IMG/VR virus record: IMGVR_UViG_3300010346_001007
Span: 32,001 to 96,000 of that record
Strand: one strand, 5' to 3'
Source of the DNA: a virus
Lineage: Duplodnaviria; Caudoviricetes
Length of the DNA stretch: 64,000 bases
Shown here: in pieces, positions 1 to 10,035 of the stretch
How positions within the stretch are numbered: the first letter of the stretch is position 1
Layout: every line of letters begins with the position of its first letter
Notes under the pieces: generated by a model
Database searches by the model: none
The model's input: only the letters and a program-made list of their open reading frames with translations
Told to the model about the DNA's origin: nothing
Program-made: the position numbers and the translations under genes

Positions 1-218
1 TTTGTCTCGGGAGATTGAGGGCTTATATATAATGCGGTTTTATATTCAATATAATCTACTCTTTTCCATAGTGGATAAAAGCAATCATCTCGAATTATAG
101 ATTCTCCAATAATTATGGGGTCTTCTACAGCAATTAAGTCGTATCCGGCAGAACTTTCGCTTCCAGCAACTGGTAAAATTGTTTTTCCTTGTATATTTTT
201 TACTTGTATTGTAATCAT
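1..218 (-). CDS. dut: dUTPase (trimeric type), 5' part only; runs off the window
   Basis: Manual translation from ATG at 218: MITIQVKNIQGKTILPVAGSESSAGYDLIAVEDP...; contains dUTPase motif 1 AGYDL. Confidence 0.75.
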   Translation of the reverse strand, partial: MITIQVKNIQGKTILPVAGSESSAGYDLIAVEDPIIIGESIIRDDCFYPLWKRVDYIEYKTALYISPQSPET

Positions 219-261
219 ATTATAACCTATTATAACCTATAATATAGCAAAAGACAATTTT

Positions 262-1794
262 TTATATAACTAGCGATTCAATTTTTTTCAAAACAGATTC
301 TTTGTCAATTTTGGGCCATTCAAATCCCATAATTTCATCCTTCATGACATTTCCTATATAATCTTTATGTGAAAATACATTAAATCGTGGGGGACTGGTC
401 CAATTAGAAAATACAAATTCCATTCCATCAATAAATGTTTGAGCCATATTTTTACTATTAAGTCCACCTTCATTTAAAGCCCACCGACGACCTTCGGCTC
501 CGCAGGCTTCTCGTTTCTTTTTATTCATTAAATACCAGTACATATATCCTTCTGATATATCTTCCCATTTGACTAAATCATCGAAGATATATGGAGTGGG
601 AATAGATCCCTGTACTAATCGGGTAACAGGCCATAGAGGATATGCCCAGGGTCCATGTTTTTTGTATTTTCCAATATTATTTGAACCGAAGTGATTAGAA
701 AATTTTAGTGGATTTCCATCATCATCTAATTGTCCAATTTGATCTTGCAACCCTCCTGTTACAGTTACTATAATTGGGGTTCCACACATAATACTTTCTG
801 CCGCCGACAATCCAAATCCTTCATTAGAAGAAGCATTAACAGTAACATCGGCAAGATTATACAATAAATTCATATCATGCGGAGATAATTTTCCTGGAGA
901 AAATATAATATTATTATTGGGGCAAAATGCTTCCTTAATAGCAAGTAAATTTGTTCCATTTTCTTGCATAATTTCAGTATGTAAAATGAGAACGCATTCC
1001 GAAGCTTCTTTTGGAGAAAGATTTTCACAGAATTGTCGAAATGCAAACATAATATTGCTTGTCCTCTTCCGCTGAATATTTCGAGAATTGTAAAGAATGG
1101 CAAATTTATAATTTTTTCCTTGATATATTTGGTTTTTAAAGTTAATAAAATTTTTATCATTTTTATCAATTGGTTTAAAAGTATCACCATCAATTCCATG
1201 AGGACAATATTGTAAAAGAGTTCTATTGTTCATAGGACGATTAATATTTTCTACAGGAATTATATTGCCTTCATTATCAAAATCTCCATCAATTAACATA
1301 CAATTCTTTGGTTCAAGAACCCACTTATTAATATTCATCGTTTGTTTACTAATACTAAAGAGGGCATCACAACTTTCGTAAAATGGTCGATTATACATGG
1401 GATAAGGAATATCATCCCAAATATTTAAATAAGTTAATGGTATTTTGGCCCGAATTCTTTTTTCAAGAGCATATAACCATCCCCAGAATCGAGGATCAGT
1501 AAAATGCAAAATGGCATGAGGGCGCTCTATCGTCATAATTTGATTTAATATATTTTCATTTCCATATCCATCGACGGGATATACTTTAACGTATGCATCG
1601 TTTATATTTTTTAATTCATTGGTGGACTGGGAAAGATCAAATATTTTACCTTTTTCTGGATGAGTAATTGCCCCTCCTATTTGAACCCAATCATATTTAT
1701 GGACCGTTCCTAAAACTAATTCACGAGACATAGTTGCTACGCCCGAGTTCATACGAAGATCGTCAGATAACAAAAGAATTCTTTTTTTTGCCAT
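262..1794 (-). CDS. GT-B (GT4-like) glycosyltransferase
   Basis: N-terminal ILLLSDD..SGVA; RNIQRK; ADVTVNASSNEGFGLSAAESIMCGTPIIVTVTGGL (EX7E motif). Confidence 0.85.
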   Translation of the reverse strand: MAKKRILLLSDDLRMNSGVATMSRELVLGTVHKYDWVQIGGAITHPEKGKIFDLSQSTNELKNINDAYVKVYPVDGYGNENILNQIMTIERPHAILHFTDPRFWGWLYALEKRIRAKIPLTYLNIWDDIPYPMYNRPFYESCDALFSISKQTMNINKWVLEPKNCMLIDGDFDNEGNIIPVENINRPMNNRTLLQYCPHGIDGDTFKPIDKNDKNFINFKNQIYQGKNYKFAILYNSRNIQRKRTSNIMFAFRQFCENLSPKEASECVLILHTEIMQENGTNLLAIKEAFCPNNNIIFSPGKLSPHDMNLLYNLADVTVNASSNEGFGLSAAESIMCGTPIIVTVTGGLQDQIGQLDDDGNPLKFSNHFGSNNIGKYKKHGPWAYPLWPVTRLVQGSIPTPYIFDDLVKWEDISEGYMYWYLMNKKKREACGAEGRRWALNEGGLNSKNMAQTFIDGMEFVFSNWTSPPRFNVFSHKDYIGNVMKDEIMGFEWPKIDKESVLKKIESLVI

Positions 1795-1809
1795 AATTAT
1801 AACTTTATA

Positions 1810-2028
1810 TTAAACAACTGTTGAAGAAGAAATTGCATTCCAAGAAGAAGAAATATATTGAGGAATATAGTTATTCATTTCAATACGATATTTCTCTTCT
1901 TTAACATAACGAAATATAGTTTTTTCTATTAATTTCTGTAAGGAATGTTTGTGCCTTATACCTAGAATTTTAAATTCGTCGTATAAAGATTCTTCTATTT
2001 TAATTGTAGTTGAAACTTTATTTTTCAT
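1810..2028 (-). CDS. small ribbon-helix-helix-like DNA-binding protein
   Basis: 72 aa; alternating strand STTIKI followed by helices EESLYDEFKIL / SLQKLIEKTI. Confidence 0.5.
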   Translation of the reverse strand: MKNKVSTTIKIEESLYDEFKILGIRHKHSLQKLIEKTIFRYVKEEKYRIEMNNYIPQYISSSWNAISSSTVV

Positions 2029-2039
2029 GTTATAGTTAT

Positions 2040-2067
2040 ACGTATATACATATTTACGTATATACGT
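2040..2067. promoter_or_regulatory. tandem palindromic operator-like sites
   Basis: ACGTATATACAT (2040-2051) and the perfect palindrome ACGTATATACGT (2056-2067), in the divergent intergenic region upstream of the RHH-like gene. Confidence 0.45.
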
Positions 2068-2116
2068 TTAGCTATAAGTATGTACTAAAAAATTATTTCG
2101 ATAATATTTATTTTGG

Positions 2117-2809
2117 GTGAAAACAATTTCTTTAACGGTTTCAAATAGACCAGAATATTTGAAGAAGTTTCTTGATACATTAAGAAAATGTCATTATATT
2201 AATGAATATGAGTTAATTATAGGACTTGAGCCTATTTGTATGGAATCTTGGAGAATATGTAAATCAATAGATTTTATTCCTACTAAAATAATATATAATG
2301 AAAAAAAATTGGGGGTTAAAGAAAATCCGTATAGATTATTAAATCATATTTTTCAATTTAGTGAATTTAATATTTATTTAGAAGAAGATATAATATTATC
2401 TGAAGATGCTATTTCAATTTGTGAATGGTATTGGAATTCTAAATTATATAATGAATTTGTTTGTTTAAATTTACATAATTATTGGTCGCTAGACCCTAAT
2501 GCTAATCCTAAGAAAGTAAAAATTATTCCTCCCGAAGATTTTATAGCTTTTGGGTGGGCAATGGATAAATTACAATGGAATAATACATTTAGTAAGTGGT
2601 GGTATTTAACTGGGCGAGGATGGGATTGGGTTATTAGAACTTGTTTAAGTCAAAATAAAAAAACTATTATAGCTCCAGAATTTTCTCGATGTAATCATAT
2701 AGGAGAATTTGGAACTCATGCGGGGCCTAAAGATATGATAGAATTTAGAAAAAGACCTTTATATCAAGGATCTCCAATATGGCCAGAAGAATTTGTATAT
2801 GAAAAATAG
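2117..2809 (+). CDS. GT-A glycosyltransferase-like protein
   Basis: SNRPEYL, IYLEEDI (DXD equivalent), GWDW, SRCNHIGEFG pattern. Confidence 0.7.
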   Translation: MKTISLTVSNRPEYLKKFLDTLRKCHYINEYELIIGLEPICMESWRICKSIDFIPTKIIYNEKKLGVKENPYRLLNHIFQFSEFNIYLEEDIILSEDAISICEWYWNSKLYNEFVCLNLHNYWSLDPNANPKKVKIIPPEDFIAFGWAMDKLQWNNTFSKWWYLTGRGWDWVIRTCLSQNKKTIIAPEFSRCNHIGEFGTHAGPKDMIEFRKRPLYQGSPIWPEEFVYEK

Positions 2810-3542
2810 ATTAGGAATTATTATACCATTTTATTATAAAATAAACGAGTTTAAATTTACATTTCCTATAAATTGGTGGAAAATACCAAATAAAACGGAA
2901 ATAATTTTAAGTGTAGATGAACCACACTCGGGGGATTTATTAATTGATTTTATTAAAAAATATAATAACCTAAGATGGAAAATTATATGCAATAATCGAA
3001 CTCATATTTGGCGTTCTCCATGTGCTGCTATTAATGTTGGAATTAAACATAGTATATCTGATTATCTTTTGGTTGTATCTCCTGAAAGTATATTCGTAAA
3101 CAATTTAATCTCTAAAGTATATGAGAATGTTTCAAAAAGTCAAGCATGTGCCGGAAGATTATATAAATGTAAATTGGGAGAAGTTAAAACTTTAGGTATA
3201 AATGAATGTGTTAAAAAATATCCGTTTAAAGAATATTATGGTTCAATATGTTTTCCTCGTAAATCGGCCTTAAATGTTTGTGGTTATGATGAATGCATGG
3301 TTGATTGGGGAGGCGACGATGATAATTTTCGTGTTAGGTTAAAAATGGACGGAATTTCATTAAAATATATCGAATCGGGAATATTACATGTTCTTGATGA
3401 AAATAGAACTGATTATGTAAAGGGGACATATACTAAATTTACTAAAGAAGAAATTTATTTTCCTAAACATAAAATATGTCCACATTGTAGTGATAAATGG
3501 GGACAAGATTATAAAGAAATTATATATTGTAATTATTTATAA
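2799..3542 (+). CDS. GT2/GT7-like glycosyltransferase
   Basis: IIIPFY, AINVGIKHS, GYDECMVDWGGDDDNF. Confidence 0.75.
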   Translation: MKNRLGIIIPFYYKINEFKFTFPINWWKIPNKTEIILSVDEPHSGDLLIDFIKKYNNLRWKIICNNRTHIWRSPCAAINVGIKHSISDYLLVVSPESIFVNNLISKVYENVSKSQACAGRLYKCKLGEVKTLGINECVKKYPFKEYYGSICFPRKSALNVCGYDECMVDWGGDDDNFRVRLKMDGISLKYIESGILHVLDENRTDYVKGTYTKFTKEEIYFPKHKICPHCSDKWGQDYKEIIYCNYL

Positions 3543-4409
3543 TGGGTCCGGTTTTCCATCGCATTTACCATTTTTCAAATAATTACAATATTTACAATTT
3601 TTCTTATTTTTACCAGGAACTTTAGGAAATTTTTGATTTAAATTATAATTTCCATCGGGTGTGAAGCAAGTTTCGACGAAATTACGAAATTCTTTAATTA
3701 CTTGCATCACATCGTTTTGAAAAGATGCAGGTTTAAATATTTGTATTCTATTTTGTTCAAATTTAACATTAGGATAAATTTTGCGGCTTAAAATAATGAA
3801 TTCTATATGAATTTTATTTAGTGGAATATTGAATTTTTTGCTATATGCCGCTTTATACATTAATAACTGGCTTATTTTGGCAAAATCTTCTTTTGTTGCC
3901 GCAGTCCACTTTCGAGTTGCCGTTTTAAAATCAATTATTCGTATATCTCCCGTTACTTTATCTTTTAATACCATGTCTAATCGACAAGTTAAAGTGCAAT
4001 TATTAACTACGCTTTCATTAATTGCTACTTCAATGCCAACCCACTCCCATTTATCGGTAGGAAAATATCTCAATCTATTTGCGGGGTTTTTAAATTCGGA
4101 CAAAATTTCTTGTCCATCTTCTAAAAATTCAGAAAAATCTTCAGGAGTATGTTTAATTTTTTTACGGGCAATTTCTCCTTCAAAAGTTTTTTTAAATATT
4201 GGAAACAAGTCAATTTCTTCGGCTTCTTTTTCTCCTACAGTATAAAGAATTTTCAAATATGTTTGAATAGCTTCATGAATTCCTGTTCCAAATGACATAT
4301 GAATGCTTTCTTCAAACACCCTTTCGTTTAGAACGTAATCCCGATACCATCTATACGGACAGGCCCACCAATTAGAAAATTGGGTGTGACTAATAATCTT
4401 TTTTCTCAT
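3537..4409 (-). CDS. PD-(D/E)XK exonuclease, Cas4/RecB-like with Fe-S staple
   Basis: SHTQ..CPY, GTGIHE, RLD, IIDFKT, QLLMY, C-terminal CKYC..C. Confidence 0.8.
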   Translation of the reverse strand: MRKKIISHTQFSNWWACPYRWYRDYVLNERVFEESIHMSFGTGIHEAIQTYLKILYTVGEKEAEEIDLFPIFKKTFEGEIARKKIKHTPEDFSEFLEDGQEILSEFKNPANRLRYFPTDKWEWVGIEVAINESVVNNCTLTCRLDMVLKDKVTGDIRIIDFKTATRKWTAATKEDFAKISQLLMYKAAYSKKFNIPLNKIHIEFIILSRKIYPNVKFEQNRIQIFKPASFQNDVMQVIKEFRNFVETCFTPDGNYNLNQKFPKVPGKNKKNCKYCNYLKNGKCDGKPDPL

Positions 4410-4462
4410 AATGTATTGATTATTATAACACACTTTAAAAATGGAATCAACTATTTATATTC

Positions 4463-5212
4463 ATGAATATGAAAACTTTTATTACTTTTTTATTTTTGGT
4501 CATTATAACATTTGCATTACCAGCATCCGAGTTCCAAAGGGGAGTTTTTTGTGTAGATAATACAGTAGAATGTAGAAATATACAGATAGATGGAACGACA
4601 ACAACAAATACAGTTTTTATGGGGAAAACTGTAGAAGTTGGGGAATCGATGTTAGAAATAGAAACCCCTAACAAAACAACATTTTACTTTTCGGGAGGTC
4701 CATTGATTGAAACAGGTACGAATTCAATGTTGAGTATCAATTTATTTGATCGGGAAGTAATTAATCTCGATTCAATTCCACGAAAAGCAGAATTTGGGAG
4801 ATGTAATCTTAGTGTGAAATTTGAAATTGGAGAATATTGTGTGATTTATCCAAATTCCGACCCAAATTCAAGTTTTACTATAACCACTCCATATACCGCA
4901 TATGAAATTTTAAATGGTAAATTTTATTTTAGAATTACTGACAGATCAGCAATTGTATATGTTATTGAAGGAGCGATGAATGTTCATGGTGATAAACATA
5001 TTAATAAAACGGCCAAAGGAAATTTAGCAATAGCGGTTCCATTTATGGATCCTGCCAGCGGATTAAATGATAAAATTGTGACGAGCATTAAGCCCGTAAA
5101 TCAAGAAGATACAAGTAAATTTTCCGATCCAGTAACATTAGCCGAACAAAAATGGAATGATGTTCAATTTTTTATAATTGATGGTAAAATAATTGGGGTG
5201 TGGTTTAATTAA
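4463..5212 (+). CDS. secreted FecR-like beta-rich protein
   Basis: N-terminal signal peptide; ITTPY, VYVIEGAMNV resemble the FecR domain. Confidence 0.5.
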   Translation: MNMKTFITFLFLVIITFALPASEFQRGVFCVDNTVECRNIQIDGTTTTNTVFMGKTVEVGESMLEIETPNKTTFYFSGGPLIETGTNSMLSINLFDREVINLDSIPRKAEFGRCNLSVKFEIGEYCVIYPNSDPNSSFTITTPYTAYEILNGKFYFRITDRSAIVYVIEGAMNVHGDKHINKTAKGNLAIAVPFMDPASGLNDKIVTSIKPVNQEDTSKFSDPVTLAEQKWNDVQFFIIDGKIIGVWFN

Positions 5213-5265
5213 ATTACTGGAAAAAATGGTTGCATGACTGGTTATTTTGTGGTATCATTGTTTTT

Positions 5266-5724
5266 ATGAATAGAAGAAATTTTTTAGAAACGGTCGCTGC
5301 GGTTCCTTTTATATCCGCTGTAATTCCCAAGTCTATATTGAAAAAAGATGTGATTGTTGAAGAAGAAAAATCTATTTTTAATCCTTCAGTATTATCAATA
5401 GATGTTAGTGATAAATCTTCCATATTAACCCCACCGGAGATTATAAATGCGGGATTTAAGTATGTAAAGACTTTAACTTTTGAAGAAAATGGGAAATCAT
5501 ATTTTGTTAAAACGGTGGGGATTCCTCTTAGATTACCAGTAACTCCACCCGGAACCCCCATTCCGGAAAATGTTAAAGAACGAGTGATTCGGGAAATTAG
5601 GAAAATTGGATTTACTCATATATACGATGTAAGACTTATAGAAGTTGGTATTTATGAAAAAGATTCACTTATAGTTAACCACAGATCTTATGTCAGCGGG
5701 GCAACAATAAAAAATGACGCTTAA
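5266..5724 (+). CDS. hypothetical protein with Tat-like signal peptide
   Basis: MNRRNFLETVAAVPFISAV twin-arginine pattern. Confidence 0.55.
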   Translation: MNRRNFLETVAAVPFISAVIPKSILKKDVIVEEEKSIFNPSVLSIDVSDKSSILTPPEIINAGFKYVKTLTFEENGKSYFVKTVGIPLRLPVTPPGTPIPENVKERVIREIRKIGFTHIYDVRLIEVGIYEKDSLIVNHRSYVSGATIKNDA

Positions 5725-6046
5725 TCAATTATATAGTTTAACTGATGAAGAATTGGGGATGGCGTTATATATCGTAAACCATTTGGAAGATTCTTCAAAT
5801 AAAATACAATATAATCCACATAATCTTACATGGTTTAAGCACGATGCACTAATAAAAAAATTTTTGCGTGCATTTGAACAAATAAAACCGGAGGGACATA
5901 CTATTTATGTTTCGTTAATGAAGAAATTAGGAGTACACATTGAGATAAATTCATCACCGACTAATGAATCCCAACGAATTGAAAGCCCGGAAAATAATAG
6001 ACTTGCATCAGAAACGAGTGTTCCACTTGATGATGCGTATGGCTAA
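5714..6046 (+). CDS. hypothetical protein
   Basis: 110-aa ORF overlapping both neighbours in the same-strand run. Confidence 0.55.
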   Translation: MTLNQLYSLTDEELGMALYIVNHLEDSSNKIQYNPHNLTWFKHDALIKKFLRAFEQIKPEGHTIYVSLMKKLGVHIEINSSPTNESQRIESPENNRLASETSVPLDDAYG

Positions 6047-6443
6047 AGATGTGGTCGAGCGAGCACATCATCACGACATGTCAAAATTTGGAGAGGAAGA
6101 ATTTCCACATTATGCTAATGTTATAGAGGAATTTGAAAAATTTTCATTTGGAAGTGACGGATATAATTGTGCTAGAGAAAAATTAGGAATAGCACTTAAA
6201 CATCATTATGAAAATAATCGACACCATCCCGAGCATTTTCCTAATGGAATTGATGACATGAATTTAATTGATATATTAGAAATGATTTGTGATTGGAAAT
6301 CGGCCACACAAAATCATTCGGCAGTTAAAGGAGATATATCAAATTCGGTGGAGATATTATCTGAAAAATATAAAATAAATCCGCAACTTAAATCAATTAT
6401 TTATAATACATTGCGTGATTTTAAAGCTTTAAATAACGAATAG
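5964..6443 (+). CDS. HD-like phosphohydrolase (DUF5662-like)
   Basis: HDMSKF, HHYENNRHHPEHF, EMICDW. Confidence 0.7.
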   Translation: MNPNELKARKIIDLHQKRVFHLMMRMAKDVVERAHHHDMSKFGEEEFPHYANVIEEFEKFSFGSDGYNCAREKLGIALKHHYENNRHHPEHFPNGIDDMNLIDILEMICDWKSATQNHSAVKGDISNSVEILSEKYKINPQLKSIIYNTLRDFKALNNE

Positions 6444-6522
6444 AAATAAAAAACATTTCAATTATTGGGATGTGAGTTTTATAGAATGAATGTTGCTACT
6501 GGAGAACTGAAAAAATACTAAT

Positions 6523-7914
6523 ATGTATCAGAATATATTTTATGACCGAAAAAATGAAACGGTTTATTTGTGGGACGATGCACAGGGAATGTTATGCATA
6601 CCATCTTCAAAATTTCATTATGCATATCGGCGTAAAGCAGGAGGAACTTATAAATCTCTTTATGGAGAAGAACTCGAAAAAGTAACAATATTTGATGCAC
6701 AAGACCCGTCATTATTTGAATCGGATGTAAGTATAGAAATGAAATGCTTACGAGATATGTATGAAGACAGTGACGAGCCATCCGTGGGCCATAGAATTGT
6801 TATTTTGGATATTGAAGTAGATTCAACAGGAGGATTTCCAAATATTGATACAGGAGATAAAACCATTACGGCAATTGCTATGTACAATCAATTGTCTGAC
6901 CGATATATTTCTTTAGTATTAGATCCCGAAAACAAAGTTAAAAATAAAATTGATGGAAATGTAGAAATTAAATCTTTTCGCACTGAAAAAAGTCTATTAT
7001 TAAAATTTTTAAATATATGGGATGAAATAGGACCTACGATTGTAAGCGGATGGAATATAATGTATTTTGATATTCCATATTTGTATAATCGATTAAGAAA
7101 TGTATTAGGAAAAAGTGGGGGGTATCGGTTATCTCCGGTAAAAATAGCATATCAGAATTCATTTACTAAAAAAGTAACTATTGCTGGGGTTTCTATTTTA
7201 GATTATTTAGAACTGTATAAAAAATTTATTGGTTCCATGAAATCATCGTGGGCTTTAGCTAGTGTGGCTAAAGATGAGGGTTTAAAAACCCAAAAACTGA
7301 CATATAAAGGCAGTTTAACGGATTTATATAAAAATGACATTCACAGATATATTGAATATAATTTAACTGACGTTAAAGTAGTCGTAGAACTGGATAAAAA
7401 GTATGATTTTATCTATTTGGCTCGTTCTGTATGTCATAAAGGACATGTACCATATGATAATTTTCAAATGTCAAGTAGGTTTATTGATGGAGCCATTTTG
7501 ATGTATTTGAGAAGGAATAAGTTAGTTGCTCCCAATAAACCACCGGAAGGAAGGGCCGAATATGAAGCGATGGAAAGAGAGGGAGAAATTGGATTTACCG
7601 GAGCGTTTGTAAAGTCTCCAGTGCCCGGTCTTTATGATTGGATTGCTTCGGCGGATATTACTTCGCTATATCCTAGTGTAATTATGACCTTGAATATAAG
7701 TCCCGAAAAAAAGCTAGGGAAGATCGAAAATTGGGATATGATGTCATTCCGGCGGGGAGAAATTCCCGAGGTACACTTAAATGGGAATAAATATTCCGCC
7801 GACCACTTCAAGAAGATGTTGTCAGATCATAAGATTGCCATATCAAGCAATGGAATAATTTACTCACAGCCTACAAGAAAGGTTGTAGGAAGAATTATTG
7901 AAAATGATACTTAA
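6523..7914 (+). CDS. polB: DNA polymerase family B, N-terminal part (3'-5' exonuclease and motif A)
   Basis: LDIEV (ExoI), GWNIMYFDIPY (ExoII), YNLTDV (ExoIII), DITSLYPS (motif A). Confidence 0.92.
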   Translation: MYQNIFYDRKNETVYLWDDAQGMLCIPSSKFHYAYRRKAGGTYKSLYGEELEKVTIFDAQDPSLFESDVSIEMKCLRDMYEDSDEPSVGHRIVILDIEVDSTGGFPNIDTGDKTITAIAMYNQLSDRYISLVLDPENKVKNKIDGNVEIKSFRTEKSLLLKFLNIWDEIGPTIVSGWNIMYFDIPYLYNRLRNVLGKSGGYRLSPVKIAYQNSFTKKVTIAGVSILDYLELYKKFIGSMKSSWALASVAKDEGLKTQKLTYKGSLTDLYKNDIHRYIEYNLTDVKVVVELDKKYDFIYLARSVCHKGHVPYDNFQMSSRFIDGAILMYLRRNKLVAPNKPPEGRAEYEAMEREGEIGFTGAFVKSPVPGLYDWIASADITSLYPSVIMTLNISPEKKLGKIENWDMMSFRRGEIPEVHLNGNKYSADHFKKMLSDHKIAISSNGIIYSQPTRKVVGRIIENDT

Positions 7915-7956
7915 TGTTTTTGTTTTATATTCATAGTCATAATAAATGAAGGAAAT

Positions 7957-8640
7957 ATGAATACAAAAAAGTGGACTATAATTTGTAATAAGTGTGGAAA
8001 AATTAAAATCTATTCTACATATAGTGGATATTATGAGGCTAAGAGATTGGGCAGGATTTTTTGTAGATCTTGTGCCATTAAAAAACGATGGGAAAATAGT
8101 AAAGAAAGATCTAAATATGATCGTTTAATTAAGCAAGGACAGCGATTTGGGAAGTTGGTAGTTTTATCTAAAAAAATAGAAAGAGGAAATCAGGTTTTAT
8201 GTAAATGTGAATGCGGCAATTTACTTAAAAAAAGAGCTATTAGATTATTAACCGAAAATAATAATGGATGTCAAAAATGTTTGATTGGAGAATTAAATCA
8301 TCTTTGGAAAGGAGTTGGAAAAGTGCCCAAAATTGCTTTAACACGAATAAAACATCACGCTATTAGAACACATAAAGAATTTAATATTACACTTAAATAT
8401 TTATCAGAAATATTTGACAAACAGCGGGGAAAGTGTGCATTATCTGGAATGAATTTAAATTTTGGAGTTTCAAATATAATAGAACAAACTGCATCGTTAG
8501 ACAGAATTGATTCCTTAAAAGGATATATTAAAGGCAATGTGCAATGGGTTCATAAAAATGTTAACTGGATGAAGCAAGATTTTTCGGAAGATGAATTTTT
8601 ATCTCTGTGTAAAAAAATCGTGGAATATCGTAAAATATGA
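7957..8640 (+). mobile_element. free-standing HNH-type homing endonuclease between the two polB halves
   Basis: CxxC zinc motifs, GQRFGKLVV..CKCECG module, KCALSG, SLDRIDSLKGYIKGNVQWVHKNVNWMK. Confidence 0.8.
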
Positions 8641-9983
8641 TAAAAGTAGAAATAAATGGGAAATTATTAGAGTTTAATGATCGTGCATCTGTAGATGCAT
8701 ATCTCAAAACCCACAACATGGACGTAGATGAGGATGGTAATATATTCCAGGTAGAAGGACGAGGAGTAATTCCAACAATTCTTGATGTATGGTTTAAAGA
8801 ACGTCTTGAATATCGAAAGTTGCAAAAAAAATTTTCTGATGAGAACAATACAATTCAGTCGGAATTTTATAAGAGGCGACAGTTGAGACAGAAAATATTT
8901 CTTAATTCTATTTATGGAACTCTGGGACTTCCTGTATTCCGTTTTTATGACCGAGACAATGCCGAAGCGGTTACTATGTCGGGCCAAGAAATTATTCTCT
9001 CGACATCGAAATTAGTCAATGATGAATTTTTAAATAGATATAAAAATAAAAAGGCCACTCCACCAACAGATGATTTTATTGTATATATTGATACAGATTC
9101 AATTTATTTTTCATCATTGCAATTAGCCAAATTAGAAGGAAAAACTGATGATATGACTAAATATACGATTGATCTTGTACAACAAGTAGCAAATAAAATC
9201 AATCGGTTTTATGAATACATGGTTCCTCGTGTTTTTAATGTTGCGCCCGAATTTAACCGGATAAAAATTGTACCGGATGTTGTTGCTAAGAAAGCATTGT
9301 GGATAGTTAAAAAAAGATATGCCATGCTCAAAGTATTTGACATGGAAAAAATGAAGCCCGTAATGGGAAAAGGCGGAGAAGAAGGAAAACTAGAAGTAAA
9401 AGGAATTGATGTTGTACGTTCAAGTTATCCAGCAGCATTTCGAAAATTTTCAGCAAATATTCTTGAATCAATTCTGCGGGGAGTTTCCCGTGTAGAATTA
9501 GATGAACAGATTATGCAATTTGAAGAAAATATAGAAAAGTATGCTGTTGAAGAATTATGTAAAACGAGTTCCGTAAGATTTAAATCGAGAGATGGGAAAA
9601 CGGATTATAGGCCCATAGACAGAAAGCGGTTTCAGTTTGTTTTAGGATCTCCTCCTCAAGTTAAGGGGGCATTATCGTATAATGATTTATTGAAAGTATG
9701 GAAATTACATCGCCAATATGAATCAATTGGACATAGTGAAAAAATTAAATGGTGTTATTTACTTCCAAATGATTTTAATTTGAGTGAAATAGCATTTAAA
9801 GGAGATGATACCGATCCTGATAAAATTTTGGATTTCATTTCTCATCACATTGATCGTAGAAAAATGTATGAAAGAGAATTAAAGTCAAAATTGTCCGAAA
9901 TTTATGCGGTTATTGGATGGCCCTATCCGAATAGAGGTTCACAGTTGGCTGAAAATACATTTAATTTTGATGAAGAGTGGTAA
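8637..9983 (+). CDS. polB: DNA polymerase family B, C-terminal part (motifs B and C, thumb)
   Basis: GVIPTIL, KIFLNSIYG (motif B), YIDTDS (motif C), KKRY, KGIDVVRS. Confidence 0.92.
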   Translation: MIKVEINGKLLEFNDRASVDAYLKTHNMDVDEDGNIFQVEGRGVIPTILDVWFKERLEYRKLQKKFSDENNTIQSEFYKRRQLRQKIFLNSIYGTLGLPVFRFYDRDNAEAVTMSGQEIILSTSKLVNDEFLNRYKNKKATPPTDDFIVYIDTDSIYFSSLQLAKLEGKTDDMTKYTIDLVQQVANKINRFYEYMVPRVFNVAPEFNRIKIVPDVVAKKALWIVKKRYAMLKVFDMEKMKPVMGKGGEEGKLEVKGIDVVRSSYPAAFRKFSANILESILRGVSRVELDEQIMQFEENIEKYAVEELCKTSSVRFKSRDGKTDYRPIDRKRFQFVLGSPPQVKGALSYNDLLKVWKLHRQYESIGHSEKIKWCYLLPNDFNLSEIAFKGDDTDPDKILDFISHHIDRRKMYERELKSKLSEIYAVIGWPYPNRGSQLAENTFNFDEEW

Positions 9984-10035
9984 AATATAATAAATTGCCA
10001 ATATAGGATAAATTTGATATACTAAGAATTGTAAT

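Noticed and set aside
126-134. A third TACAGCAAT copy
   Set aside because: It lies antisense within the dUTPase CDS and has no flanking stem; probably chance
3537-4409. Cas4-like gene as evidence of a CRISPR-Cas system
   Set aside because: There is no repeat-spacer array or other cas gene in the window, and solo Cas4-like nucleases are common in phages
7915-8640. Group I intron interrupting polB
   Set aside because: There are only 42 non-coding nt and no recognisable P/Q/R/S core, and both halves have their own stop or start
8637-8720. The polB C half starts MIKV... and contains THN, resembling a split-intein C fragment
   Set aside because: HN is followed by Met, not Cys/Ser/Thr, and the N half has no intein N fragment
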